From positions 512,001-576,000 of the forward strand of contig CAXXUA010000003.1 in NCBI GenBank assembly GCA_963663765.2: DNA of 64,000 bases. The letters are read 5' to 3'. The position numbers were made by a program, and so were the translations under genes. Each line of letters begins with the position of its first letter. The first letter of the stretch is position 1. Positions 49,581 through 61,154 of this stretch are shown piece after piece. The DNA comes from Candidatus Poribacteria bacterium. GTDB lineage: Bacteria > Poribacteria > WGA-4E > WGA-3G. The notes below the pieces were generated by a model, which was not told the DNA's origin, did no database searches, and saw only the letters and a program-made list of their open reading frames with translations.

Positions 49581-51926
49581 TTACTGCAATATTTTCCAAT
49601 CCGCCCACGAAGTGGTGAGTTTTCCTTTTGCCGACACAAGCCCTCTCAACCGAACCTTTGCTAACTGCTCTCGAACCCCAGCATGCGATACGTCCTCTAT
49701 TCGATAATAGTAGACTGTATTCGGTTTAGCCGTGGTATCTGTCAATGTATACTCATTTTGTTCACCTGTGGTGCCAGCACCTTGGACCATTGTCGGATTG
49801 ACGACTTTGAATTCACCATCCTTTGTTTCACTGCGGTAGATATAAAAACCTGCGTTGTCTACCTCTGATTCAGTTGTCCAGTTGAGGATAACACCTGCAT
49901 CGGTGTGTTCTGCTCGGAACAGAGATAAGGTGACGGGTAATATACCTCCAAGCGTATAACTCGGATTACCCACATCTGTCGGATCACCAAAATAGGTAGA
50001 CTTACCGAGTTTGACATCTACAGCGCGCTGCCAACTTGATGCTTCCCTGCCAACAAGCGGTCTCCGAGTTTCATGATGATAAAGCCGGAGCATAGAAATT
50101 CGCGCACCGTTCTCCGTTATCCCAGAGGGTAATTCCCATATAGGTGTATCCTGTGTTTCGCTATCACCATCAAGGTTGCCAACTGTATCAACTACAGTGC
50201 CAGTCGGTGTTGTCAGCTGCAGAAACAAACCATCCGGACTTAGAACGTTATTGCTTCCGAACTTAATAATATCCGCAAGATGGTGCTCAAAAAGATTGTA
50301 AACGCGTCTATCAGGAATGTTTTCTGCGTTCTGCGCTGTCCCCGTCACCCAAAGTGCCGTTTGCTTAGGCAAGATAACCAAATCTTTTAGTGTGAGAACT
50401 GCATGCCGATTCTGTTTACCGTGCCGTGACTCAATTGTCACTTCCCATCCGGTGAGATCAACCGCCTCTATAGGGGAGTTGTTGTATAGTTCTATCCACT
50501 GGGGCACCGTTCGGTTGCCGATTTTGTTGGTGAACATCATCTCGCTGAAACTTATCTGTCCGGTGTATTTTTGTCGGACTAACGGATTATTTGGGTAACC
50601 GGGTGTGCCGAGGCTTGTGTCTTTCGGTGCTGTCGGTTGATACCCGATCCCTGCTTGATACCTACTTTCACGCCACGCCTCTACATCATATCCGACATAC
50701 GATATTGTTGCGCGTTGCCATGCAGTTCCTTGTGTTAGCGGTTGGTCTGCTGTTAACTTGTCAAGGAAATACGTTCCTGCCACATCCTCAATTGCTTCCT
50801 GTGTGCCGTTTCTATCCAACGCACTTCGCAATATCAGCATATATGGCTTATTAGTTAATTGGAGTTTATTCGTCACTAAATAATCGTGCTGCGCACCGTT
50901 TCTAATATCTGGCGTTCTGATATTCTGTCCGCGCAGCAGTGTTGTTTCTCTCGGATCAGTATTGGTTATCAGCAAGATGCCACCAACGGGTAGGGTGTAG
51001 TCAGGAAACGAGACGACAACAACTTCCGGGTTCACCGTTTTATCTTCACGAGTAAGCATGCTAATCTCCCACTCCTTGAGAGAAATGTCCGTATTTCCGA
51101 TGTTCCTGAGCTCTATCCAGTCATTTCTGTCATCAGCAGCGTTGCGTACCTCATTGAAAAACACCCGTGTCAACGCAACTTGTGATTCGTGCGGCACTGA
51201 AGTTTCAAGGTCAACCGATATGCCCGCGGCAATTAGTTCATGGATTTGAAAAATATCTGTAATCGGGTTATCTGTAATATATAATTCCTCTAAATTGGTT
51301 AATGAGTAAAGCGAATGTATACTTTCTACTTTGTTAGAACTAATGTTTAATATCTCCAGTTGTAGTAAGGCATTGAGTGGGGTTACGGTACTAATCTGAT
51401 TATCTGCAAGGTATAATTCTACTAATTGCGTTAACCCACGTAACGGCACAAGATTGCTTAGCTGGTTAGAATTAAGAAACAACTCCTCTAATTGTGTCAA
51501 ACCTGAAAGTGGTTTTAGGTCACTGATGATATTGTCATTAAGCCATAATATAGATAAATTCGCTAACGTTGAAAGTGGGGTGATGTCCTTAATCTTGTTC
51601 GAGCCGAGTGATAGTAGTTCAAGTTGGGTCAAGTCTGCTAACACACTAATGTCACTAATTTGATTTGACTTTAGATTTAGGATTTCCAAATTCGTTGCGT
51701 GTTCCAATCCTGTTAAATCGGTAATTTCTGAATTGCTACCATTCAGTGCTGTCATCTGCAGCATCAATTGTTGTGTGATAGGTACGTTTTGAGACAACCT
51801 AAAATGTTCCCGTATAGCTGATGCTAAATTCGGGTCGGGTATGTACACCTCTTGTGCATAAGTAATTCGGTTCAATCCGATAATAACAATTAGAACACAA
51901 CATATCGTATAAATTCGTTTTATCAT
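49581..51926 (-). CDS. Secreted internalin-type LRR protein with two lamin-tail-like domains and an Ig-like C-terminal region
   Basis: IPDPNL cap, 22-aa LRRs, DWIELRN and QWIELYN, LPVTLSLF...WTTESEVDNAGF; RBS AGGAGG. Confidence 0.85.
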   Translation of the reverse strand: MIKRIYTICCVLIVIIGLNRITYAQEVYIPDPNLASAIREHFRLSQNVPITQQLMLQMTALNGSNSEITDLTGLEHATNLEILNLKSNQISDISVLADLTQLELLSLGSNKIKDITPLSTLANLSILWLNDNIISDLKPLSGLTQLEELFLNSNQLSNLVPLRGLTQLVELYLADNQISTVTPLNALLQLEILNISSNKVESIHSLYSLTNLEELYITDNPITDIFQIHELIAAGISVDLETSVPHESQVALTRVFFNEVRNAADDRNDWIELRNIGNTDISLKEWEISMLTREDKTVNPEVVVVSFPDYTLPVGGILLITNTDPRETTLLRGQNIRTPDIRNGAQHDYLVTNKLQLTNKPYMLILRSALDRNGTQEAIEDVAGTYFLDKLTADQPLTQGTAWQRATISYVGYDVEAWRESRYQAGIGYQPTAPKDTSLGTPGYPNNPLVRQKYTGQISFSEMMFTNKIGNRTVPQWIELYNNSPIEAVDLTGWEVTIESRHGKQNRHAVLTLKDLVILPKQTALWVTGTAQNAENIPDRRVYNLFEHHLADIIKFGSNNVLSPDGLFLQLTTPTGTVVDTVGNLDGDSETQDTPIWELPSGITENGARISMLRLYHHETRRPLVGREASSWQRAVDVKLGKSTYFGDPTDVGNPSYTLGGILPVTLSLFRAEHTDAGVILNWTTESEVDNAGFYIYRSETKDGEFKVVNPTMVQGAGTTGEQNEYTLTDTTAKPNTVYYYRIEDVSHAGVREQLAKVRLRGLVSAKGKLTTSWADWKILQ

Positions 51927-51954
51927 ATCTTTCCTCCTTTTAGACAATCCATTT

Positions 51955-54900
51955 CTACTTCCTTATCAACATCTTTCGTATTTTCGTATAATTACCCGCC
52001 TTGAATTTGACAAAATAGAGACCTCCCGCCACCTTCTCACCGAGATTGTTTTTACCATCCCAATATGCCGCGCGGCTCTGACTATAATAGACTCCTGCAT
52101 CACGATGCCCCAACGTTATCTGTCTAACCACAACACCCCTCACATCATAGAACGTCAGTGTAACATCCGCGGATTTTGCTAACTGGTAAGGTATCCACGT
52201 CTCCGGGTTGAACGGGTTGGGATAGTTGGGTAGGAGTGCAGTTTTGGCAGGATTTGCTTGTGCTGACGGGGCAGCACTAATATCAACGTCTATGCTGATA
52301 GTTTGTGTTGTTTTTGCTTGAAGTCTGCGAAGTGGAGCTAAATCCGAAATCGGATTGCCACCAATACCCAGCCCGGTAAGAGCTGTTAAATCTTCAAGAG
52401 GTGTGACGTTGCTGATGGAATTGCTAACCAGATTGAGATATGTCAGCGAAGTCAACCCAGAAAGTGCAGATATATCACTGATGGAATTGTTATACAGATA
52501 GAGCTCCGTCAGCGAAGCCAACCCAGAAACCGCTGATATATCGCTGATGGAATTGTCAGACAACCCCAACCTTATCAGTGAAGTCAACCCTGATACCACT
52601 GATATATCACTGATGGAATTATCAGGCAGATGGAGCCCTGTCAGCGAGGTCAACCCAGAAAGTGCAGATATATCACTGATGGAATTGCTATTCAGAAAGA
52701 GATATGTCAGCGAAGTCAACCCAGAAAGTGCAGATATATCACTGATAGAATTGAAATGTAGTTCAAGACCTGTCAACGAAGTCAACCCAGAAAGTGCAGA
52801 TATATCGCTGATGGAATTGTGATCCAGCCTAGATATTGTAAGCGAAGTCAACCCAGAAAGTGCAGATATATCGCTGATGGAATTGTTATACAGAAAGAGA
52901 TATGTCAGCGAAGTTAACCCTGAAATCGCGGATATATCACTGATGGAATTGCTACCCAGATTGAGCGATGTCAACGAAGTCAACTCCGAAACCGCAGATA
53001 TATCACTGATGGAATTGTCATACAGATAGAGCGTTGTTAGACTCGTTGCATGTTCCAATCCTGATATATTGCTTATATTAGACTCAATGGCAGATAGACT
53101 TGTTAATCTTTTCATCGTTTCTTGTGTAAGTGCATCACCTTCCTGTAGTCCGAGTGCGGTGCGCACCTTTGCACGTAAGTTCGCATCCGGCATCCACTCC
53201 TCTTCAGACAGGTCAGTTGATGTACCATTGTTGGGATCTTGTGTAATATCAATATCTATGCTGATGGTATGTGTTGTTTTTGCCTGCAGCCTGCGGAGTG
53301 GAGCGTAATCTGTAATCGGATTGCCTGAAAGATATAATTCTGTGAGTGCTGTTAAATTTTCAATAGGTGATACATCGCTGATGGAATTGCCATTCAGATA
53401 GAGCAAGGTTAACGAAGTCAATCCTGAAACCGCAGATATATCGCTGATGGAATTGTTCTACAGCCCGAGCGTTGTCAACGAAGTCAAGCCTGAAACCGCA
53501 GATATATCGCTGATGGAATTGCCAGCCAGACTGAGCCAGGTTAACGAAGTCAATCCTGAAACAGCTGATAAATCGCTGATGGAATTGTGGCCCAACCCGA
53601 GCGTTGTCAACGAAGTCAACCCTGAAACAGCTGATATATCACTGATGGAATTGAAAAGCAGATCGAGGAATGTCAACGAAGTCAATCCAGAAACAGCTGA
53701 TATATCGCTGATGGAATTGCCAACCAGACTGAGCGAGGTTAACGAAGTCAACCCTGAAACAGCTGATATATCGCTGATTTGATTCTCCGAGAGATCTAAG
53801 GATTGTAGTTGTGTTGCATATTCTAATCCGGTGATGTCGGTTATCTCTGAACCTATAGCAGATAGCCTCGTCAATCCTTGCAGTGTTTCTTGTGTAAGTG
53901 CATCACCTTCCTGCAGTCCGAGTGCGGTGCGCACCTTTACACGTAAATTCGCATCTGGCATCCACTCCTCTTCAGACAGGTCATCAGTTGATGTATCATT
54001 GTTGGGATCTTGTGTAATATCAATATCTATGCTGATAGTTTGTGTTGTTTTTGCTTGAAGTCTGCGGAGTGGAGCTAAATCTGTAATCGGATTGCCTGAA
54101 AGATATAATTCTGTGAGTGCTGTTAAATTTTCAATAGGTGATACATCGCTGATGGAATTGTGGACCAGACTGAGCGTTGTCAACGAAGTCAACCCTGAGA
54201 CCACGGATATATCGCTGATGGAATTGTTACCCAGCCCGAGCGTTGTCAACGAAGTCAACCCTTCAACGGGTGTGATGTCGCTGATTTGGTTCAAATCAAG
54301 ATTTAATGACCGTAAATTCGTTGCATGTTCCAATCCGGTAAGATCACTTATTTGACTTCTAGGAGCACTTAACGATGTCAATCCTTGCAGTGTTTCTTGT
54401 GTAAGTGCATTATGTTCCTGTAGTCCGAGTGCGGTGCGCACCGTCGCACGTAAATTCACATCCGGCATCCACGTTTCCTCAGAAACAGCAGCAGTATTAA
54501 CAGTTACTGTAATAGTTTGTGTAGCCGTCAACTCACCATCATCTGCTTCAACGGTAATAGTTGCGTTTCCCTCACTCACAGGTGTAATTGTCACCGTGGA
54601 TTCAGAAGCTTGTGCGGTTGCAACACTTGTATTACTGGAGTTTAACGTAAAGATAAGGGTATCATTGTTCGCATCTGTGAAGTAACCAGAAACGTCAAGA
54701 GACGTTGGAGTTCCGACATTCAACGTCTGTGCAGCAATCGTCCCTTGAGCACGAGGTGCCACATTTACTGTATCTATGATTAGGTCGGATCCACGAACAT
54801 TGATTATGATAATGTTAGAACAGTTATTGTCTGTATGTTCTTCATCCGTTACACTGTCTACGCACGCATAGTAATAGTATATACCGGACTGATTCGGTGC

Positions 54901-57900
54901 ACGGACACTATGAATTTCTTCATCCGAGTTACCTTTTCTTATACGTCGGACAGAATCTGTGCCAATTTGTTGATCATCCGGTGAAATTGCTGCATCTGCA
55001 GAAAGATAGTAACGGACCGTCGTAGAATTTGACGCATCTGCTGTTCCTTGATTTCGGACAGTGGCTTCTAAATTGATAGATGCATTTGAATCAACGAGAC
55101 TCTTGTTTGATGAAAGCGTGATAACCAAATCAGGCGATTCAGAAATGGTAACGGGAATTGGGTTAACCGTAACAGAGAAGGTCTGTGTAGCCGTCAACTC
55201 GCCATCGCTTGCCGTTATTGTAATCGTCGCGCTGCCTTCTGCAATAGGACGGATCGTTAAAATTGAACCTGACACCCCTGCTGCCTCTGCAACGACTATG
55301 CTGGTATCAGAGGAAATTGCTGTGTAGGTAAGTGAAGTATTGTTTGGATCAGAGAAATACGTTGATACGTCCAGTCTAATATGGGTATCCGTTACAGAGA
55401 GGGTCTGACTCGATATTGTGCCGACAGTTGTTGGTGCCCGGTTTTGAACAGTAATTGTAATAGCATAAGAACAGTTATCACCTGTATCGCTTTCATCTGT
55501 GATACTCTCCACACATCCGCCGTAATAGTAGGTACCAGATTCCATAGGTGCTGTCAGATTGATTTGCTGTGTTACCCTTCCACCGACATTAAGTGAACTG
55601 ACGTTAGCACTTCCAATTTCCGTATCATTCATGGATATATTTGAGTTAGGTGAGCGATACCATCGGAACGTTGTAGCAGATGAGTTCGCTGTGCCATTGT
55701 TACGTACAGTGGCATTCAGCGTAAAACTTTCACCTGGTCCTAAGGTCGCAGCACTTGTCGTCGGGGTCTCGACGACTAAATTTGGTAATGCAGGTTCATC
55801 CGGATCCGGGGCTTGCACAGTGATTGCAACTGCTGCGGAGCAATTGTTGTTTGAATTACTCTCATTGTCCACATCTGATACACATGCCCCATAATAGTAG
55901 ACACCCGGCTCGGTCGGTGCAGTTAGACTAATTGATTCCCTGCCAGTTTCATCTGCATCCAATCTTGTCACAGAGTCATCGCCAACCCGTCTGTCACTTG
56001 GTGATATACGTGCATCTGATGAACGGTAATAATCCAGATCAGCAGAAGATGTCGGCTCACCTAATCCTTGATTACGAACAGTAGCTCTCAGCGTAAAACT
56101 TTCACCAGGGTCAAGAGTCGTCTTACTTACCGAAATGGACTCAACGATATAGTCGGGGTATCCTGTTACCTGAACCTGCTCCTCGCCGGCAAGGTTGTTA
56201 GTAAGCATAGAGACCGTGAGATCGTCTTGGTAATCTGTATCATGAACATTAGATGGCAAAAATGCGCCATAATAGTAGCGATCAGGGATATTGAGTGCAT
56301 TCACTCTGAGTGTTAACGTAGTGCTTTCGCGTTGTCGTAAGGAAGGCACGCTTAGTTTCCCCGCACTTCGTAAATCCCGTTCTTCGCTTAATTCCTCAAG
56401 GTCATCGTTACGACTGCCCGAATGATAGTAAAAATAAATATCTGTCGCAGCGGACTCACCGGGACCGTTGTTTCGAATATCTACTTCCAACTCTATTTCT
56501 TCACCTATGCCAACTTGACTTTCATTGAGATCAAAATCGCGAATTTCCAAGTCTGGCGGGCGGCGGAATAGTAACTGATCACCACCAAAGGCTTCTACAC
56601 TCCAAGCTTCTATATCCACTTGATCCCATTCTATTTTCCACCAAGTATAACCGTTGTTTTCCTCCGGTCCATCTGTGATAATTCCTGTCCCACCATTCCA
56701 TAATTCTCTTATCACGTTATTGCCAATCCATGGGTTTGATCTTAAGTTAAGACCGTCGCCTGTCAATGGTACATTTTGAATGATAACAGAAACGCCTTCT
56801 CTAAGTCCTTCAGCGCGAGGATTACTACCGTTGGGAACAGAAAAGATTTGATCATTATTAGGTGGATGGACAGTACTAGTTTGTCTCACTACCACATAGA
56901 TAGTTTGTGTAGCAGTTAAGTTCGTGACCGTATCGCGTGCTAAGACTATTACTGTCGCAGTTCCTGCTTCCACGGGTCTAATCGTGACTCGCGAACCAGA
57001 AACAGATGCTGTTGCGATATTGCTGGGATTTGTACTTACTTCATATTTTAGGCTGTTTGAAGATGAAAAATATTGTGCAACGTTTACTGTTGTACCAGAA
57101 CCGTCGTCTGACAATGATTGAAAAGGAATCGCACCTTGTGGCACTGGAGCCTGAACCGTTGATGTTTGTGCGATTGGAAAAGTCGTTTGATTTGATGTGA
57201 AATTCAGATCAACTTCCTGCTCGGAAACAATAGGGGTTATTGGGAGTTCGCCAATCACCTTTTCATAATTCCATATAGGTATCCCTAAAGGATTGAACTC
57301 AAGCGTGACATCACTGGTTGCAGCAAGATCAAGCTTATACGTGAATTTTTCATTGTAGCTGCTATTTACCGTGTAAGAGTTCTGTGACATATCTAATCCA
57401 GGCGCTTTAATAGTTTGATTTTCGCGTGTTATCTTTACACCATTCACGGTGATGGATTCACCAGAAAGGGTAGCAGTGCTTAAAAAACCAAGATTGGCAC
57501 TAATTGCAGCGTTGCCTATCCCCTTTTCAACTATGGTTGCAGCAGGTTTTGATAATGAAGGTGGTATTGCAGTTAGTGCAGTAACAATCAGTTGGGTTAC
57601 CTCAACAGCAGTAAGTTCTGCCTGCACAAGTTTACGAATCCCGCCTCTTACGACAACATCATCATCCAGAAGAAGGGTACTAAATGGTTCAGACTCATCC
57701 CAAGTTTGATAAGGATTAACTGTAAGGGAACCGATGGGAATTAATTCGCTAAGTAATTGGGAAAGATCTAAGCCCCCAGGTTCAAAAACTGTCACTTCAT
57801 CTTTTACGAGTAATGGGAAATCAACCAATTGGTTGATTGCGAATACGGCAACCAAAAGAGTTGGCTCAAGAGTTAAATAAGGCACACTTTCTATTACAAA

Positions 57901-58251
57901 CGCGATTTTTACAACACCTTTAAGGGTCAGTCCACCTTTACTTTGAAGATTACCGTCTTTGCCACGAAGCTGAATTGTCCCATTCTCTTGGTCAAAGGTC
58001 ATAGTTCCCGTGACATCTGCCTCTATCTGCTCAGGCGTTAAGTCAAAAGTAAATACAATTTGAAAGTGGTTGTCAGGATCAACATTATTAGGAAATGCAT
58101 ACTCCTTTTGGATACCATCGCTAAAAGGAGTATACTCAGCATTGTAGTTTACAATTTTGGAAACTTGTTGTGAATAGCAAACTGAGTAGCACATTAATAT
58201 TAAAAGTGGGATAACTATGCTGCACGTTATTTTTTTATGTTTCGATGTCAT
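51955..58251 (-). CDS. Giant secreted protein (~2100 aa): Ig-like, SH3-like and CARDB-like repeats, three LRR blocks and an FlgD/T9SS-like C-terminal domain; interrupted by in-frame TAG at 53458-53460
   Basis: ORFs 53458-58251 and 51955-53421 are in the same frame and LRR periodicity continues across the TAG; C-terminal LLPNYPNPFNPETWIPYQLA. Confidence 0.85.
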
Positions 58252-58272
58252 TTATGTCCTCCGTTACTTGCG

Positions 58273-58977
58273 TTACCTGGATTGTTTCTTGGTTTCTTTT
58301 TTCTTGAAGATTTCAGGAGGGATAACTGTATTGATCTTGTAATCCGTTATGCGATTGATAAGCACTTGTTTTGTCAAGGGAAAGAAACTCCGAGTTTCTA
58401 CAGGCAAACCACGTTTTCTTCCCGCTCCTATATATTTAAACTGTGTAACGGCTATTTCAAGAGAAGCCATAGAAATAGAGAATTGCACGACACGCCAATC
58501 TCTCTGTGAAACCCATAACTTTGCTAACTCCCCTGGACGTTCAGCCGATGAGATTTCTAACACATAACATTTTTTCCCTAATATAGACTCTCTGTCCTTA
58601 AGTTCTATATCTAAGTCTTTCAGGGTCCCAAGCGCACTCAATAACTCTATCCTAAATATCCCGTATTTTGTTAGTCCGATCTCTTTAACTACATGCTCAT
58701 CCGGCTTCCAAAAAAATAAATTAAAGGATATTATCGGTTCTCGCGCTTCAAAGGTACTCTCTGAAGCATACATTGAATCTGTCTCGTAGGTTTGAACAAC
58801 TGCCGTATAATTTTCAATATCTTCATAAACTTCTAAGGCGTTTTCCATCACTTCCTGTGCGGTGATGGCTGAAACGTTGCTGGGGGTTATGCCTACAAAA
58901 AGAAACAGGCTTAATATAAAAAAAATGTTTTGGGTGTGTTCTTTACTAACTTTTGATAAAAAACAACAATATAGCAT
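58273..58977 (-). CDS. LolA-like outer-membrane lipoprotein-sorting fold protein
   Basis: Signal/TM, ITAQEVME...YEDIENY, KCYVLEI...KLWVSQ pattern; RBS AAGGAG. Confidence 0.6.
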   Translation of the reverse strand: MLYCCFLSKVSKEHTQNIFFILSLFLFVGITPSNVSAITAQEVMENALEVYEDIENYTAVVQTYETDSMYASESTFEAREPIISFNLFFWKPDEHVVKEIGLTKYGIFRIELLSALGTLKDLDIELKDRESILGKKCYVLEISSAERPGELAKLWVSQRDWRVVQFSISMASLEIAVTQFKYIGAGRKRGLPVETRSFFPLTKQVLINRITDYKINTVIPPEIFKKKETKKQSR

Positions 58978-59368
58978 AAATATTCTCCTTAGTGTTTGAT
59001 AAATCAAAAAATACATGTCCGTTTATGATGTCACGTTGTTCTACCATTGCGTTGTTCCCGATACGGTTCGGTAGGGACCACCTCAAGCAAGGTGGATCGT
59101 ATTCCCTCCAACAACGCTGCGGAAAGTGTATAATAGACCTTATCTCATAAAACTTATGTAGGGATATGTCCCTGTGCCTCGCCATCTCTCACAATGAAAC
59201 TTTAGTTATAATAACCTAAGTTGCGACCTAATCAATTTGAAGGTTCAATCTCACAAATACCGTATTAAGACAGTTTAATTTTATTATATATACATTATTA
59301 TATTGTCTTTATATGTATATTTATACATAAATTCAACATATTTGTCAAATTATTTCGTAAAATATTGT

Positions 59369-59489
59369 CAGGGTTATTCAGTTATAGGTATTTTGACTGT
59401 TTCCTGAGAAAATCGCGACTGGGAGGTTGCTTTTACCGCGGGGTTATTTTTTTGAAAAATCCAAATATTAGGAAAACTGAATAATCCTG
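59369..59489. mobile_element. MITE family T1, short form
   Basis: TIRs; 9-bp flanks AAATATTGT / AAATATTCT. Confidence 0.82.
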
Positions 59490-59538
59490 AAATATTCTGA
59501 ATTAAACTTGACATATTTATCCATTAGTATTATTATCT

Positions 59539-59660
59539 CAGGACTTACGCATTATTCTTGATTAAATCAAGAATAATGATGAAAATGATATAATTATCAG
59601 TATTTTTCTGGTTTTCCGGCGCGCTTACAAAGCACGCCTATCGTTGTGTGCGTAAGTCCT
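59539..59660. mobile_element. MITE family T3
   Basis: TIRs present; flanks do not match, suggesting an adjacent deletion. Confidence 0.8.
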
Positions 59661-60047
59661 TCTACAGTCAAACGTGACATTCGTCAGTTGAAACAGGAAG
59701 GATATTTCGTTATGACGCGCGGGACGAAACACGATATGGGCCCCGGCACTTCTCATAAGACACAGATCATGGATCTGTATTTCAAAGGCTAAACCTTCAC
59801 CGAAATCGAGCAAAAAACAAACCACAGCGAACGGGCTGTCTACCGCTACTTGAGAGATTTCACACAAGTTGCCACGCTCCATCATCAAGGCTTCCCTAAT
59901 GCACAGATACGCCTGATTTCTCATCTCTCTGACCGGTTGATACGCGAGTATCTTTCGCTGTCCAAGGAATATCAACACACCGATCGCATGACCCAACTCC
60001 TTCACCCAGAACCATAGGACACAAAAAAGGGGGATCTCTCATGAGTA
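59661..60047 (+). pseudogene. 3' remnant of a DUF1670-like gene
   Basis: STVKRDIRQL..TRGTKHDMGPGTSHK..DLYFKG*..TNHSERAVYRY; stops at 59790 and 60015. Confidence 0.7.
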
Positions 60048-60925
60048 AACCACTAACACGCACGCAAATCAACGAGAAAATATTCAGACGCATCAACGAT
60101 AAATCCCTACGACAGTTGCTTATCCATCGCTTTCTCAATGACTACGGGTATGACAAAGGCGAAGTCACTGCCACCGCCATTGTTGATGATATTCTCAAGA
60201 CCGTTGAGGACTATTTCGTAATTACCCTCCCCTTGGGGAAACTCGCCACCGGCGATCAACTCACAGATGAGCGTTTCCTGAGTTATGGACAACTCGTTTG
60301 GATGGCCATCCCTATTGATGAACATCCAGAAAGAGGGAAGTCCATCGTCAAAACTCGGATGAAACCCATCATCTTGACCTATCTCGCTACCGAGGATATT
60401 GAATCTTTTCGAAACGGATTTACCTCCCGACAACTGTAAATCAATCGCTTAGTCCGCTGGTGTCATCAAGCCTATGACCAAGGTGCTTTATTGACACAAC
60501 TCGATTTAGCCGTCTTGCTGAACGTCTGCGATGCTGTTGTCTGTGATTATGTCAATGAATGGCAAAAAACCACTGGTGACATCTTGCCCACTCGCGGCAA
60601 CATCCATGATTTATCAGGTGCTATTACCCACAAGAAAGAGATCATCACCCTCTATCTTCAAGGACATCTCACCCCCAGAATTGCCGCAAAGACCAAACAC
60701 TCTAAAGAGGCAGTTGACCGATACATTCGCGATTATGAGAGCGTCAAAGTCGTTCGCAACGCAACTGCAGATATTGATACAATCTCACAGATTACACGAC
60801 TTTCTAAACGCGTTATCACTCAATATCTTGACCTTATTCCACAGCACCAACTTCAAACTATGGATGCAAACCTTGCCAATTCATCTGCAAACGATGCAAC
60901 AACACGCCAAGGAGAAGAACAATGA
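60041..60925 (+). pseudogene. DUF1670-like gene with in-frame TAA at 60437-60439
   Basis: GQLVWMAI, QAYDQGALLTQLDLAVLL, LPTRGNIHD, THKKEII, HSKEAVDRYI. Confidence 0.75.
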
Positions 60926-60994
60926 TACTAAACCTCCTGTTCCACCAGACGAACATTATTCAGAAAAACCGAGGCAGTTTCCTTGAACATAGGA

Positions 60995-61023
60995 TTGACA
61001 ACTGCTACTTGTTTTGCTATACT
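60995..61023 (+). promoter_or_regulatory. Near-consensus sigma70 promoter facing the 3' end of the LRR/cadherin gene
   Basis: TTGACA-17 bp-TATACT with an extended -10 TG. Confidence 0.45.
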
Positions 61024-61154
61024 CTAAGAATGTTTACCGTTAATCGCATCATTTCTCAAAGAGAATGATAGTTATTCCAACTTAACCCACTCATCAACGA
61101 TGGTTGCGAAGCTAATAAACATCAGCATTCCAGCTATCCTATGGTCATTTGATA

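Noticed and set aside
51955-53421. Independent 488-aa LRR gene
   Set aside because: No RBS or signal peptide; it starts mid-repeat, in frame with the upstream ORF.
53458-53460. Pyrrolysine or genome-wide stop-codon reassignment
   Set aside because: TAG, TGA and TAA all terminate normal genes here, and the site is a variable LRR position rather than a catalytic one.
59625-60138. Minus-strand ORFs of 126 and 80 aa
   Set aside because: Shadows of the plus-strand DUF1670-like remnant and the MITE.
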